From contig DIXO01000020.1 of NCBI GenBank assembly GCA_002428735.1, positions 2,554-66,553 of the forward strand: DNA of 64,000 nt. The letters are read 5' to 3'. The translations under genes were made by a program, and so were the position numbers. Within the stretch, counting starts at the first letter, position 1; each line of letters opens with the position of its first letter. The DNA is from Syntrophaceae bacterium UBA6078 (GTDB taxonomy: Bacteria > Desulfobacterota > Syntrophia > Syntrophales > UBA2210). The notes below the pieces were generated by a model. The model did no database searches. It saw nothing but the letters and a program-made list of their open reading frames with translations, and was not told where the DNA came from. Positions 36,202 through 45,600 of the stretch are shown here, one piece after another.

Positions 36202-37443
36202 ATGAACCTGACAATTCCCGGCATATCTTTTCTTACGGCATCCATCCCGTTGAACTTCAACACGGACGGATACACGACACGCTTTGAACCGTCAAACTCA
36301 CGCCGGGTCGATGCCGATCATATCCTGGTCCTTCCCCATATCCAGGCACAGCAGAACCGCATGGCGGAAGTTTCCGCCATCTCCCTTTTCGATACGATCC
36401 CCATACCCGACGGCATGCCCCTCCCGGAGATCTATGACGGGACGCAGGACCTGCGCGGCGCACAGGTCCTGATCCTGATGCTGAACGGCTGGGGGGATAT
36501 GATCCTCATCCAGCCCGCCATACGCGCTCTTTACCGGATAGCGGCGTCCGCGGGGGCCCCGCCCAGGATCACGCTGGGGTGCAACTGGATCAGGAATTTT
36601 CCCTATCCCGGCGCGGCCTCTGTGGAACGGGTCATCCCCAATATTCTGACACTGGCGCAACTCTGTTCCTTTGATGTCATGGTCAATCTGCTGCCGATCA
36701 ATCACCAGAGGACTGCCACGCGCTCCATGTGCGATCTGTGCCTCGAAATCCTCCGTCTGGATCCGGAAGATGAGCACATCGATCCCCCCTCCATGCAACC
36801 CGATTCCCTGCGCGTATCGAAGATCCGTCCGGTCTTTGAGCGAATCCGTCGGACAACGGGGAAAAAACTTCTTTATGTCAACTGGCGGTCCCGGTTTCCT
36901 CATAAGAATGCTTCGGCAGCCCTGTTCGCCCGGGTCGCGGACCGATTGGGGGACACCCATCAGGCCCTTGTGCTGAAGGATGAGGCCGCAGCCGAAATCA
37001 TGGCGGGAGAGATCGACGCCCTGGGCGCGCCGATCATGAACCTCTCCCATCTGATCCATGATTACCACGACACGGTGGCGGCTCTGTCCCTGGTGGACGC
37101 TTTCATTTCGGTCGATACGGGGATCGTGCATGCCGCCGGAGCCATGGGGGTTCCCGGAGTGGCCCTCTTCGGGCCGTTCCCGCCGGAAACTCACGTCGCC
37201 GTCTATCCTTCCATTGTCCCGGTGAGGGCGAATTTCCGGGGAAAGAAGTGCCATGGCCCGTGTCTGGAGACGCACCGCGGGTGCGCCGAGGCAGGATATG
37301 CCCCCCACAGGGTAAGCCCCTGTTTCGAGGCGATTGATGCCGCTGATGTGATAGCTGCTTTCCGCACGGCCACGGGCCGCTCGGCGGGCGAACCCGAGAT
37401 TATGAGGCGAGGAAACGAGCGACGGCTCGCCATGCTGCCATAA
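36202..37443 (+). CDS. glycosyltransferase family 9 (heptosyltransferase-like), paralog 1
   Basis: LILMLNGWGDMILIQPAIRAL (GT9 N-terminal motif), ...SVDTGIVHAAGAMGVPGVALFGP and the C-x-PC-type Cys cluster (KKCHGPC...C). Confidence 0.75.
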   Translation: MNLTIPGISFLTASIPLNFNTDGYTTRFEPSNSRRVDADHILVLPHIQAQQNRMAEVSAISLFDTIPIPDGMPLPEIYDGTQDLRGAQVLILMLNGWGDMILIQPAIRALYRIAASAGAPPRITLGCNWIRNFPYPGAASVERVIPNILTLAQLCSFDVMVNLLPINHQRTATRSMCDLCLEILRLDPEDEHIDPPSMQPDSLRVSKIRPVFERIRRTTGKKLLYVNWRSRFPHKNASAALFARVADRLGDTHQALVLKDEAAAEIMAGEIDALGAPIMNLSHLIHDYHDTVAALSLVDAFISVDTGIVHAAGAMGVPGVALFGPFPPETHVAVYPSIVPVRANFRGKKCHGPCLETHRGCAEAGYAPHRVSPCFEAIDAADVIAAFRTATGRSAGEPEIMRRGNERRLAMLP

Positions 37444-37506
37444 GAAAGAATCGCAAACCGGTTGTTCCCTGCGAGGAGTGGCCGGAGCTTAAAGGATAGT
37501 GTCACG

Positions 37507-38748
37507 ATGGATCGTATCAGGAACAAAAAGATATTTCCTGCGGGCGCCGTGAATCGGGGGAGGATAGTCCGCGCCTTTCCGTTGAACAGCGAGGCCGAAC
37601 TGCAGCGGGGCGCAGCGTTGCACCAGGCAGGCCGGTTGCAGGAGGCCGAAGCCATCTATACGAGGATGCTGGAAATGAACCCGAATCACGCGGGCGGCCT
37701 GCACCTCCTGGGCGTGCTTTCCCTCCAGAGGGGGGAGTATGGACGCGCGGAGGATCTCATACAGCGGGCCATCCAGAGCGATCCCGACTGTCCCGTTTAT
37801 TTCAACAATCTCGGGGCCGCATTCAAGGCGCAGGGGAAATTCGGTGAAGCCATTTCCTGTTATCAACGGGCTGTTCAACTCGATCCCGCGTACGCCGAGG
37901 CGTATTACAACATGAGCAGCGTTTTCCACGATCAGGGGGCGTATGAAGAGGCTGTTTCATGCTGCCGGAAGGCCCTCCAAATTAACCCGGCGTATTTTCA
38001 GGCCCACTATAATATGGGGAATGCCCTCCAGGCTCAGGGGAGCTTCGATAAGGCAATTGCGTGTTATCAACGGGCCATTCGAATCGAGCCGTCACTGTTT
38101 CAGGCATACTACCATATGGGGAACGCCCACCGGGCACAGGGCAGGCTTGATGAGGCGGCCGCCTGCTACCGGAAGAGCGTCCGTTTGAATCCAGGCCTGT
38201 TCGAGGGGTACACCGATCTGGGCGCTGTGCTGAGAGAGAGGGGGCGGCTGGATGAGGCCCTCTCGTGCTACCGGAAGGCGGTGGATATGAAGCCGTATCA
38301 TGTCGAAGCGCTCTGCGGTATGGGGATGATTTACAGTGAGCACGGGGACGTCGAAGCTGCCCTTTCCTGTTATGAGAAGGCCCTGAAGATCGAGCCGGAA
38401 AACGCCGGGACGCACAACCTGATGGGGATCGCCTATGGGAAGGGGGGGGAATTTGATAAGGCCTTTTCCTGCTTCGAGAAAGCCCTCGATCTGCGGCCGG
38501 GGTATGCCGAGGCTGCCTGCAACATGGGAAACGCGTGCAGGGAGCGGGGCGACTTCGACGGGGCCCTGTTGTGTTACCGGCAGGCCCTGGACATACAGCC
38601 TGATTATTCAGAGGCGTACCGGAACTTGGAGATGGCGAATCAGCGTCGGGGGGAAGAGGAGGAGGAGGCGGCTTCCTGCCACCGGGAGGCCCGGGAGTTG
38701 ATGGTGGATATCCCCAATGGACACAAAAGGATAGGGAATATCTGTTGA
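37507..38748 (+). CDS. TPR repeat protein (about 10 tandem TPRs)
   Basis: A regular 34-aa repeat (A..Y.(R/K)A(L/V)...P....A..N(L/M)G.A....G....A). ATG 37507 is preferred over the track's TTG 37462. Confidence 0.8.
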   Translation: MDRIRNKKIFPAGAVNRGRIVRAFPLNSEAELQRGAALHQAGRLQEAEAIYTRMLEMNPNHAGGLHLLGVLSLQRGEYGRAEDLIQRAIQSDPDCPVYFNNLGAAFKAQGKFGEAISCYQRAVQLDPAYAEAYYNMSSVFHDQGAYEEAVSCCRKALQINPAYFQAHYNMGNALQAQGSFDKAIACYQRAIRIEPSLFQAYYHMGNAHRAQGRLDEAAACYRKSVRLNPGLFEGYTDLGAVLRERGRLDEALSCYRKAVDMKPYHVEALCGMGMIYSEHGDVEAALSCYEKALKIEPENAGTHNLMGIAYGKGGEFDKAFSCFEKALDLRPGYAEAACNMGNACRERGDFDGALLCYRQALDIQPDYSEAYRNLEMANQRRGEEEEEAASCHREARELMVDIPNGHKRIGNIC

Positions 38749-38869
38749 GAGCAGGGGAGGGTGAAGGGATACTTCCCGTCTCCTCGCTGAGAGCTGAGAG
38801 GTATTCGTTGCCCCTGAAAGGTTCATATATTTCGTCCGGGCGGCGGAGGAAAACGGAAAGAGGAATGAT

Positions 38870-39922
38870 ATGCGCATTCTGGTGGTGGGGGCCGTGCTGG
38901 GAGGAACCGTCCCGATCGGCGGTTCGATCTACAGGGCCTTTCAAGAGATAGGAATCGAGAGTGATTTTCTCGATTTTTCGGTGCTGGAAGGAGAGTTTCG
39001 GGATCTGTGGACGGCTCAGGACGAGGAACGGTCCTACCGGTTTCACATACAGAAGAAGATACTGCTTCTTGAGCGAATCACCTCCTTTCTTCCCGATGTA
39101 ATCCTCGGGATCGCTCAATCTCCGCTTGGTGATACCGCCATCCTCCCGGAGCTGAAGAAAGCGGGGATCACTCTGTGCTACTGGTTCACGGAGGATTACC
39201 GGATCTTTGAGTACTGGAAGACAATCGCGCCCTGGTTCGACCATTTTTTTACCATCCAGCAGGAGCCCTTCTGGCAGGAACTGAAGAGGGCAGGGTGTGA
39301 CAGCTACCACTATCTCCCCATGGCCTTCGATCCCGGACGGGACTGTCCGGGGGAATCGATCGGACCGGAGATCGCGGTCTCTTTTGTGGGAGCCCCCTAT
39401 CCAAACCGTGTCCACTTTCTGAGCCGCTTTCCCGGCAAACTGGAGATCTATGGCGAGGAATGGAACCGGTATCCCAATCCCTTTGTGGTGGTCGGCGATC
39501 GCAGGATTACCGAAGATGAAGCACGGCGTATATATCGTCGCTCACGGATCAACATCAATCTTCACTCCTCTCCGCTCCCCCGGGAGCTGGGAAAGGGGGA
39601 TTTCGTCAATCCACGGACCTTTGAACTGGCGGGGATGGGGTGTTTTCAACTGACTGATATGCGAAGGTTATTGACTCTTCATTTCGACCCGGCCCGGGAG
39701 GTGCTGGCCCTGTCCGGTTGGGAGGAGATGACGGAGGCCGCGGAGTATTTCCTTGGCCATGACAGGGAACGCGCCGAGATGGCCGAGAAGGCCCGGGCCC
39801 GTGTCTTTCGAGAACACACCTATCGGCACCGGGCGCAGGAGCTTGTCGCTCTCCTGCAAGAGGGGCGAAGGGGAAATTCATTCATACATACCGGTATGGC
39901 GGGAGGGATGCGTGAAAGGTAA
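38870..39922 (+). CDS. CgeB-family / DUF3880-type glycosyltransferase-like protein
   Basis: MRILVVG..., ...INLHSS...GDFVNPRTFELAGMGCFQLTD... is typical of CgeB-like spore-maturation/glycosyltransferase proteins. Confidence 0.6.
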   Translation: MRILVVGAVLGGTVPIGGSIYRAFQEIGIESDFLDFSVLEGEFRDLWTAQDEERSYRFHIQKKILLLERITSFLPDVILGIAQSPLGDTAILPELKKAGITLCYWFTEDYRIFEYWKTIAPWFDHFFTIQQEPFWQELKRAGCDSYHYLPMAFDPGRDCPGESIGPEIAVSFVGAPYPNRVHFLSRFPGKLEIYGEEWNRYPNPFVVVGDRRITEDEARRIYRRSRININLHSSPLPRELGKGDFVNPRTFELAGMGCFQLTDMRRLLTLHFDPAREVLALSGWEEMTEAAEYFLGHDRERAEMAEKARARVFREHTYRHRAQELVALLQEGRRGNSFIHTGMAGGMRER

Positions 39923-41564
39923 ATCCATCCTGATCATACACTTGAGCCGTCTTGGGGACACCATTCAAAGTCTCCCCGCCGTCAAACTGCTCAAAGAAGA
40001 CAATCTCGGATGCTCTATTACCTACGTCGGAATCAGGGATTTCTGCGTCCTCATCGAAGGAATTCCCTGGATCGACCGCCTGGTCACCATTCCCTGGCAG
40101 GAGGCCAGGGAGATCATGGGTGAAAAAAAGGAGGGACATACGGAGGTCCTTGACCGGTTCATTAAAAAGGTTCCCGAACTGGGCGAGGGGTATGACCTCT
40201 TGATCAATCTGACCCATGACTGGAGCAGCAGCTATCTTTCAGGAAAGATTGACGCGGCCGAAAAGAGGGGGAGGATTTTTTCGGAGCATAACGAGATCGT
40301 CGTATCGGGAAACTGGGGGAAGTATCTTTTTGCCGTCGCGAGAAACCGCCGGGACAACCTCCTCAATCTTGTCGATCTGTACATGGGGATGGCGGGCGTC
40401 CGGCACCGGCCGGTCATCGATTTCCTTCCCACCGATCCGCAGCGGGATCTGCTCTGCCGATCGCGGCTGAAAGAACTGGGTGCCGACACGGGCCGACTGA
40501 TCATCGGTTTCCACCTGGGGGCAAATATGGCTGCGAGAAGGTGGCCCATAGAGAACTTTGCGAAACTGGGGAAGGACCTTGTGGACAGACTCGATGCACG
40601 GATTGTTCTCTTCGGCTCCCCAGGCGAGCGGGGGCTGGCCGAGGCCTTCGGCCGGGTCGCGACTTTCCCCTTTATTGATCTTGCCGGCAGGACAACCCTT
40701 GCCGAGTTGCCCTCTTTCTTCAGGGGGATCGATCTTCTGGTCAGCAATGATACGGGTCCCATGCATATTGCGGCGGCGGTGGGCACGAAGGTGGCGGGGA
40801 TCTTCATGAGTGTGGCTTTTTTCGGTATCACGGGACCCTACGGTGACGGTCATATCGTCATCCAGTCCGCCTATCCCTGTTGTCCCTGTATTGATACGAC
40901 CGTGTGCGCCAACCCGCTCTGCAGGGAAGGGGTTACCCCCGAGACGGTCTTTCAGGGGGTGCGGGTTGGGGTATATCCGGACGGTACTGATGCTGTCTGC
41001 GATGCGGGAACTGTCCTGTATCGTTCCTCCTTCCGGGACGACGGAACCATGCGGTTTGAACCCATTGGCGGCGGGGGCGACCGCTTTCCACCGTGGCTGG
41101 CTTCATTCACCCACGCGAAGGCGACAATCGGCCAGACCCTCTGGAACCGGTGGCTGGATATGGGCGACTGCGCCACCCCTGTCGGGTGTACGGACGATAA
41201 AGAACAACAAGCCGACATCATTGCTGATTTTTGGAATGCCTGCCACTCCTATAAAGCGATATATGCCCGGGGAATCCATGCGTGCCGGAAGATCCTGACG
41301 GAATTCTCCAAAAGAAATCCGGACGGGGGATCGATACGAAAGCTTGCGGATCAACTGTCCCGGGGTGAAGAGGAGATCCGGGATCTTGAGGGCCCGCTCC
41401 CCATCCTGAAAGAGATTCATGAATTGTGCATGTCCGAGGCCGAGCTCTGCAATTTTCCGAAACTCGCCCGGGAGTTTCTGAAAACGTACGAAACCATGGC
41501 CGGCACCATCCGTTCCTTTGAAGAGACACTCCGGGAAATTACTCCCGCCCCTGCCCGTTCCTGA
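39912..41564 (+). CDS. glycosyltransferase family 9 (heptosyltransferase-like), paralog 2, with a ~200-aa C-terminal extension
   Basis: RBS GGGAGGG at 39901-39907 precedes an in-frame GTG at 39912 (VKGKSILIIHLSRLGDTIQSLPAVKLLKE). SNDTGPMHIAAAVGTKVAGIF and the C-PC Cys cluster are present. The track ORF start (39753) overlaps the upstream gene. Confidence 0.75.
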   Translation: MKGKSILIIHLSRLGDTIQSLPAVKLLKEDNLGCSITYVGIRDFCVLIEGIPWIDRLVTIPWQEAREIMGEKKEGHTEVLDRFIKKVPELGEGYDLLINLTHDWSSSYLSGKIDAAEKRGRIFSEHNEIVVSGNWGKYLFAVARNRRDNLLNLVDLYMGMAGVRHRPVIDFLPTDPQRDLLCRSRLKELGADTGRLIIGFHLGANMAARRWPIENFAKLGKDLVDRLDARIVLFGSPGERGLAEAFGRVATFPFIDLAGRTTLAELPSFFRGIDLLVSNDTGPMHIAAAVGTKVAGIFMSVAFFGITGPYGDGHIVIQSAYPCCPCIDTTVCANPLCREGVTPETVFQGVRVGVYPDGTDAVCDAGTVLYRSSFRDDGTMRFEPIGGGGDRFPPWLASFTHAKATIGQTLWNRWLDMGDCATPVGCTDDKEQQADIIADFWNACHSYKAIYARGIHACRKILTEFSKRNPDGGSIRKLADQLSRGEEEIRDLEGPLPILKEIHELCMSEAELCNFPKLAREFLKTYETMAGTIRSFEETLREITPAPARS

Positions 41565-41653
41565 CTGGAAAGAATTTCCCTCCAGCCATTTTCGATGGCG
41601 GGTGTATCCGGTTATCAGCTTGATTTCAATAAAAAATCAAGGGCCACGACTGA

Positions 41654-41669
41654 TGGCATGCTTGTTGCT
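41654..41669 (+). promoter_or_regulatory. sigma54 promoter (TGGCAT-N5-TTGCT) upstream of the pse operon
   Basis: TGGCATGCTTGTTGCT has exact GG-N10-GC spacing. It is followed by the inverted repeat TTAATCT-N7-AGATTAA (41680-41700). Confidence 0.6.
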
Positions 41670-41754
41670 AATTTTAAAGTTAATCTGAAAGTTAGATTAA
41701 AGTTTTCCCTGCTCAAAGCCGAAGAGAAGGCTGTCATGAAATAGATCGCAAAGG

Positions 41755-43122
41755 ATGAGGAACGATATGGAGACAACAAGGGAATACAAGATACAGGATG
41801 TGAGCGAGCGGTTGCACCTTCCGGCTTCCACCATTCGCTATTGGGAGGGGGAGTTCGGCGGATTTATAACAACAAAAAAAACCCGTGGAAAACAGAGGCG
41901 ATATACCGAACGCGCCATCGAACAACTCAGGCAGATCAGGGATCTGCTCCACGTGAAAAAGAAGAGCATTGCGGAGGCCCGGAAGCTTCTCAGGATCGGG
42001 AACGAGGATACGGGAAAAATCAACTGGGCAAAGCAAACCATTCTGTTGACCGGGGGGACCGGTTCCTTCGGCAAGCATTTCTGCACGGTCATGCTGGAGA
42101 AGTATCATCCGGAAGTCATTCGGGTTTACAGCCGCGATGAATTGAAACAGCATGAGATGCGCCAGGAATTTGGCGAGGACAGGATACGCTATTTTATCGG
42201 TGATGTGCGCGACGGCGACCGCCTGAAACGGGCCATGGAAGGGGTTGATATCGTGATTCACGCCGCGGCCCTCAAACAGGTGCCGGCATGCGAGTACAAT
42301 CCCCTTGAGGCGGTAAAGACAAATATCCTCGGCGCGAAGAATGTCATCGATGCGGCCATCAACACGGGGGCCAAGAAGGTCGTGGCCCTGAGCACCGACA
42401 AGGCGGCCAACCCCGCGAATCTGTACGGAGCCACCAAGCTGTGCGCCGAGAAAATCTTCGTTCACGGCAATTCCTATTCAGGTCCCCGGGGAACCCGGTT
42501 CAGTTGCGTGCGGTATGGGAATGTCATCGGAAGCCGCGGCAGTGTCATCCCCGTCTTCAGAGAACAGATGAAATCCGGCAAAATTACCATCACCGACGAA
42601 AAAATGACGCGCTTCTGGATCACCCTGGACCAGGCTGTCGATCTGGTTGTCTCGGCCCTCTGTCACATGCAGGGGGGGGAAATATTCGTTCCCAATATCC
42701 CCAGCATGAAGATAACCGATCTTGCCACGGCGATTGCCCCGGAATGCGAGGTACAAACGATCGGCATCAGACCGGGCGAAAAGCTGCACGAAACCCTCAT
42801 CACGGCGGAGGAAGGGAGAAACACGATTGCCTACAAAGGGATGTATGTCATCATGCCGGATCATTCATGGTGGAAGAGGCACAACTATGAAACGGGCCGG
42901 AAGGTTCCTGAAGGTTTTGTGTATTCAAGCAATCGGAACGATCACTGGCTCGATATCGAGGCCCTGAGAAAGATAACGCGGCCTTTGTCTTCGGGCAACG
43001 ATGAGGCCATTGCCAATTTTGCTTCCACCATTCACCGCTTAAGTGAGAACGTCATTCTGGATATGATCGGCGCGGAAGAGAACCTGCCTTCTCCGGAGAA
43101 GGCTTTCGAGGCTCGGATCTAA
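41755..43122 (+). CDS. pseB: MerR/excisionase-type HTH domain fused to UDP-GlcNAc 4,6-dehydratase (inverting) PseB
   Basis: Residues ~10-85, YKIQDVSERLHLPASTIRYWEGEFG...RYTERAIEQLRQIRDLL, form a MerR-type HTH. From QTILLTGGTGSFGKHF the protein is colinear with PseB/FlaA1 (SRDELKQ, YGATKLCAEK, RFWITL, GEIFVP). A ~45-aa C-terminal tail follows. Confidence 0.8.
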   Translation: MRNDMETTREYKIQDVSERLHLPASTIRYWEGEFGGFITTKKTRGKQRRYTERAIEQLRQIRDLLHVKKKSIAEARKLLRIGNEDTGKINWAKQTILLTGGTGSFGKHFCTVMLEKYHPEVIRVYSRDELKQHEMRQEFGEDRIRYFIGDVRDGDRLKRAMEGVDIVIHAAALKQVPACEYNPLEAVKTNILGAKNVIDAAINTGAKKVVALSTDKAANPANLYGATKLCAEKIFVHGNSYSGPRGTRFSCVRYGNVIGSRGSVIPVFREQMKSGKITITDEKMTRFWITLDQAVDLVVSALCHMQGGEIFVPNIPSMKITDLATAIAPECEVQTIGIRPGEKLHETLITAEEGRNTIAYKGMYVIMPDHSWWKRHNYETGRKVPEGFVYSSNRNDHWLDIEALRKITRPLSSGNDEAIANFASTIHRLSENVILDMIGAEENLPSPEKAFEARI

Positions 43123-43150
43123 GGGCGCGGCGGTGGAGAGAGGAGGTTTC

Positions 43151-44422
43151 ATGAGAATGTCGGCCCATAGGAAAATGATGCCTTACGGGCATCAATGTAT
43201 CGAGGAAGATGATATCGCCGCCGTTGTCGAGGTATTGAAATCAGACTGGCTGACGACGGGACCGCGGGTCAGAGAATTCGAGGAACAATTCGCGAGGCAT
43301 GTCGGTTCCGGTGAGGCGGTGGCCGTCTCCAGCGGAACAGCGGCGCTTCATGCGGCGATGCACGCTATCGGCATTGGTCCCGGCGATGAGGTCATTCTTC
43401 CGCCCATGACCTTCGCCGCGACAGCCAATGCCGTCGTATTCCAGGGGGGAACCCCCGTTTTCGTCGATGTGCGGCCGGACACGCTCCTCATTGATCCGGA
43501 AAAAATCACGGCACAGATTACGGACCGTACGAAGGCCATTCTATGCGTCGATTACGCCGGACAACCCTGCGATTACGACGCGCTGAGATCCATTGCAAAG
43601 AGAAAGGGATTGATCCTCGTGGCGGATTCCTGTCACGCCCTGGGAGCCCGGTACAAGGGGCGTCCGGTCGGCTCCCTTGCCGACTTGACGGTCTTCAGCT
43701 TTCATCCGGTAAAACATATCACCACAGGTGAAGGGGGCATGGTCACGACGGATATGCCCGTGGCTGCGGAGCGCATGCGCGCCTTTCGCAACCATGGGAT
43801 CACCACCGACCACAGCCAGCGGGAGAAACAGGGCTCCTGGTTCTACGAGATGGTGGACCTCGGCTATAACTACCGCCTCACCGAGCTTCAGTGCGCGCTG
43901 GGAATGAGCCAGTTGGGCAAGTCTTCCGCATGGCTGGAAAGACGGAGAGAGATTGCCGCGCGGTATGACGAGGCCTTCGCGCGCACTCCATCCGTCAAGC
44001 CCCTGCGGGTCAGTCAGGACGTATCGCACGCCTACCACCTCTATGTGGTCAGATTCGATCCCCGTGAATTGACGGCGGGGAGGGAAGAACTATTTACCGC
44101 CCTGCGCTCGGCGGGAATAGGCGTCAACGTCCATTACGTTCCGGTTCACCTGCATCCCTTCTACCGGGACCGGTTCGGAACGGGTCCCGGGCTGTGTCCC
44201 GTCGCCGAGGAGGCGTACGAAGAGATTATTTCACTGCCCATCTTCCCGGGGATGAGCGGACGGGATGTGGATAGTGTCGTCGAAGCGGTGCGGAACACGG
44301 TTGATACGTATGATCGCTTCCGCGTCAACAGGCGCAAAGGTCGCCGTTTTCATGAAACCGTGAATCCCGCATCGACTTCAACCTTCTCCTGCTGCAGGCA
44401 TACGGTGGGAAATGGGTACTGA
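43151..44422 (+). CDS. pseC: UDP-4-amino-4,6-dideoxy-N-acetyl-beta-L-altrosamine transaminase (DegT family)
   Basis: RBS AGGAGG at 43141-43146 precedes ATG 43151. MPYGHQCIEEDDI start and FSFHPVKHITTGEGG (PLP lysine). Confidence 0.8.
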   Translation: MRMSAHRKMMPYGHQCIEEDDIAAVVEVLKSDWLTTGPRVREFEEQFARHVGSGEAVAVSSGTAALHAAMHAIGIGPGDEVILPPMTFAATANAVVFQGGTPVFVDVRPDTLLIDPEKITAQITDRTKAILCVDYAGQPCDYDALRSIAKRKGLILVADSCHALGARYKGRPVGSLADLTVFSFHPVKHITTGEGGMVTTDMPVAAERMRAFRNHGITTDHSQREKQGSWFYEMVDLGYNYRLTELQCALGMSQLGKSSAWLERRREIAARYDEAFARTPSVKPLRVSQDVSHAYHLYVVRFDPRELTAGREELFTALRSAGIGVNVHYVPVHLHPFYRDRFGTGPGLCPVAEEAYEEIISLPIFPGMSGRDVDSVVEAVRNTVDTYDRFRVNRRKGRRFHETVNPASTSTFSCCRHTVGNGY

Positions 44423-44445
44423 CGTGGTCAGTAGTTTGGAAAAAG

Positions 44446-45579
44446 GTGAAAGGGTGTGTTTTTAAAGTGGGCGCTGTGATGGCGGGAAGACGGTTGGAAG
44501 ATAAAACGCTCGTAATCAGGGCGGACGCGAACCCGCTGATCGGGACGGGGCATGTCATGCGGTGTCTGGCGCTGGCCCAGACCTGGAAGGATGCGGGCGG
44601 GCGCGTGGTCTTCGGGACGGCGCCGGACTCTCGACCGCTGGAAGCACGGCTTCGCCGCAATGCGGTTGATGTCACATATCTTTCCGAGACACCCGGGAGC
44701 GTTGACGATGCATCGCGGACGGTTGCCCTTGCCATGCGCGAGCGGGCGGCATGGATTGTGGTGGATGGGTATCAGTTCGGCGATGAATATCAGAAGCTCA
44801 TCAAAGACGCGAGGCTGAAGATCCTTTTGATGGACGATTATGGCCATGCCGATCATTACTGGGCCGATCTGGTCTTGAATCAGAACATATACGCCCGGAG
44901 GGATCTGTATCCGAACAAAGAGGCATATACGCGCCTCCTCCTGGGGTCGCAATACGTGCTGTTGCGGCGGGAATTTTTGCGATGGTCCGGCTGGAAGCGG
45001 GAGATCAAGGAAAGGGCGTGTAATATATTGATCACCCTGGGCGGCTCCGATCCCGGCAATGGAACCCTGTCGGTTGTGAAGGCGCTGGACACGCTGGACA
45101 GCTTCGGCTGTGAAGTGAGAATCGTGACAGGACCGGCAAATCCCCATGCAGGAACGGTAGAAAAGGCAATTTCCCCGCGGAACATGCGTATCATGCAAAA
45201 CGTCGATGATATGCCTGCTTTGATGGCGTGGGCCGATATGGCTGTTTCGGCGGGCGGGAGCACCTGCTGGGAGATGTGCTTTATGGGGCTTCCTTTTTTA
45301 ACCGTCGTTCTCGCGGACAATCAGAAGGATATAGCGCGCGGCCTCGATGAGGAGGAACTCGCTGAAAATCTCGGGTGGCTCTCCGACCTGTCGGAAGACC
45401 GGATGGTGGAGCGGATATCCGATATGATCACCAACCGGGAAAAAAGGGAGAGATTCAGCGCCAGTGGGAGATTGCTGGTAGACGGACGGGGGGCTCTTCG
45501 AATCGTCCGGCATATTCTGGAGGGGCAGCCTTCGTTTCCCGTAAACGCGCGCCCTGCGGTGAGGGAGTGCATGCTCTAA
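44446..45579 (+). CDS. pseG: UDP-2,4-diacetamido-2,4,6-trideoxy-beta-L-altropyranose hydrolase
   Basis: LVIRADANPLIGTGHVMRCLALAQ is the PseG N-terminal signature, and ...ITLGGSDPGN... is also present. The start is GTG 44446 or ATG 44479. Confidence 0.75.
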   Translation: MKGCVFKVGAVMAGRRLEDKTLVIRADANPLIGTGHVMRCLALAQTWKDAGGRVVFGTAPDSRPLEARLRRNAVDVTYLSETPGSVDDASRTVALAMRERAAWIVVDGYQFGDEYQKLIKDARLKILLMDDYGHADHYWADLVLNQNIYARRDLYPNKEAYTRLLLGSQYVLLRREFLRWSGWKREIKERACNILITLGGSDPGNGTLSVVKALDTLDSFGCEVRIVTGPANPHAGTVEKAISPRNMRIMQNVDDMPALMAWADMAVSAGGSTCWEMCFMGLPFLTVVLADNQKDIARGLDEEELAENLGWLSDLSEDRMVERISDMITNREKRERFSASGRLLVDGRGALRIVRHILEGQPSFPVNARPAVRECML

Positions 45580-45600
45580 AAAATAGGATAAGAGGAAATT

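Noticed and set aside
38452-38459. G8/C8 homopolymer tracts (38452-38459 in the TPR gene, 48698-48705 at the pseI 3' end, 33191-33198 and 32505-32512 in a kinase gene) as possible Campylobacter-style phase-variation switches.
   Set aside because: Equivalent tracts occur in unrelated housekeeping-type genes, always encoding (K/R)-G-G via GGG codons, so they reflect codon usage. The pseI tract sits only 2-4 codons before the stop, so slippage would barely change the protein.
41874-41881. An A8 run inside the MerR-HTH part of pseB as a slippage switch between fused and unfused forms.
   Set aside because: It is a single short tract coding KKK, with no restart codon evident downstream and no supporting evidence.
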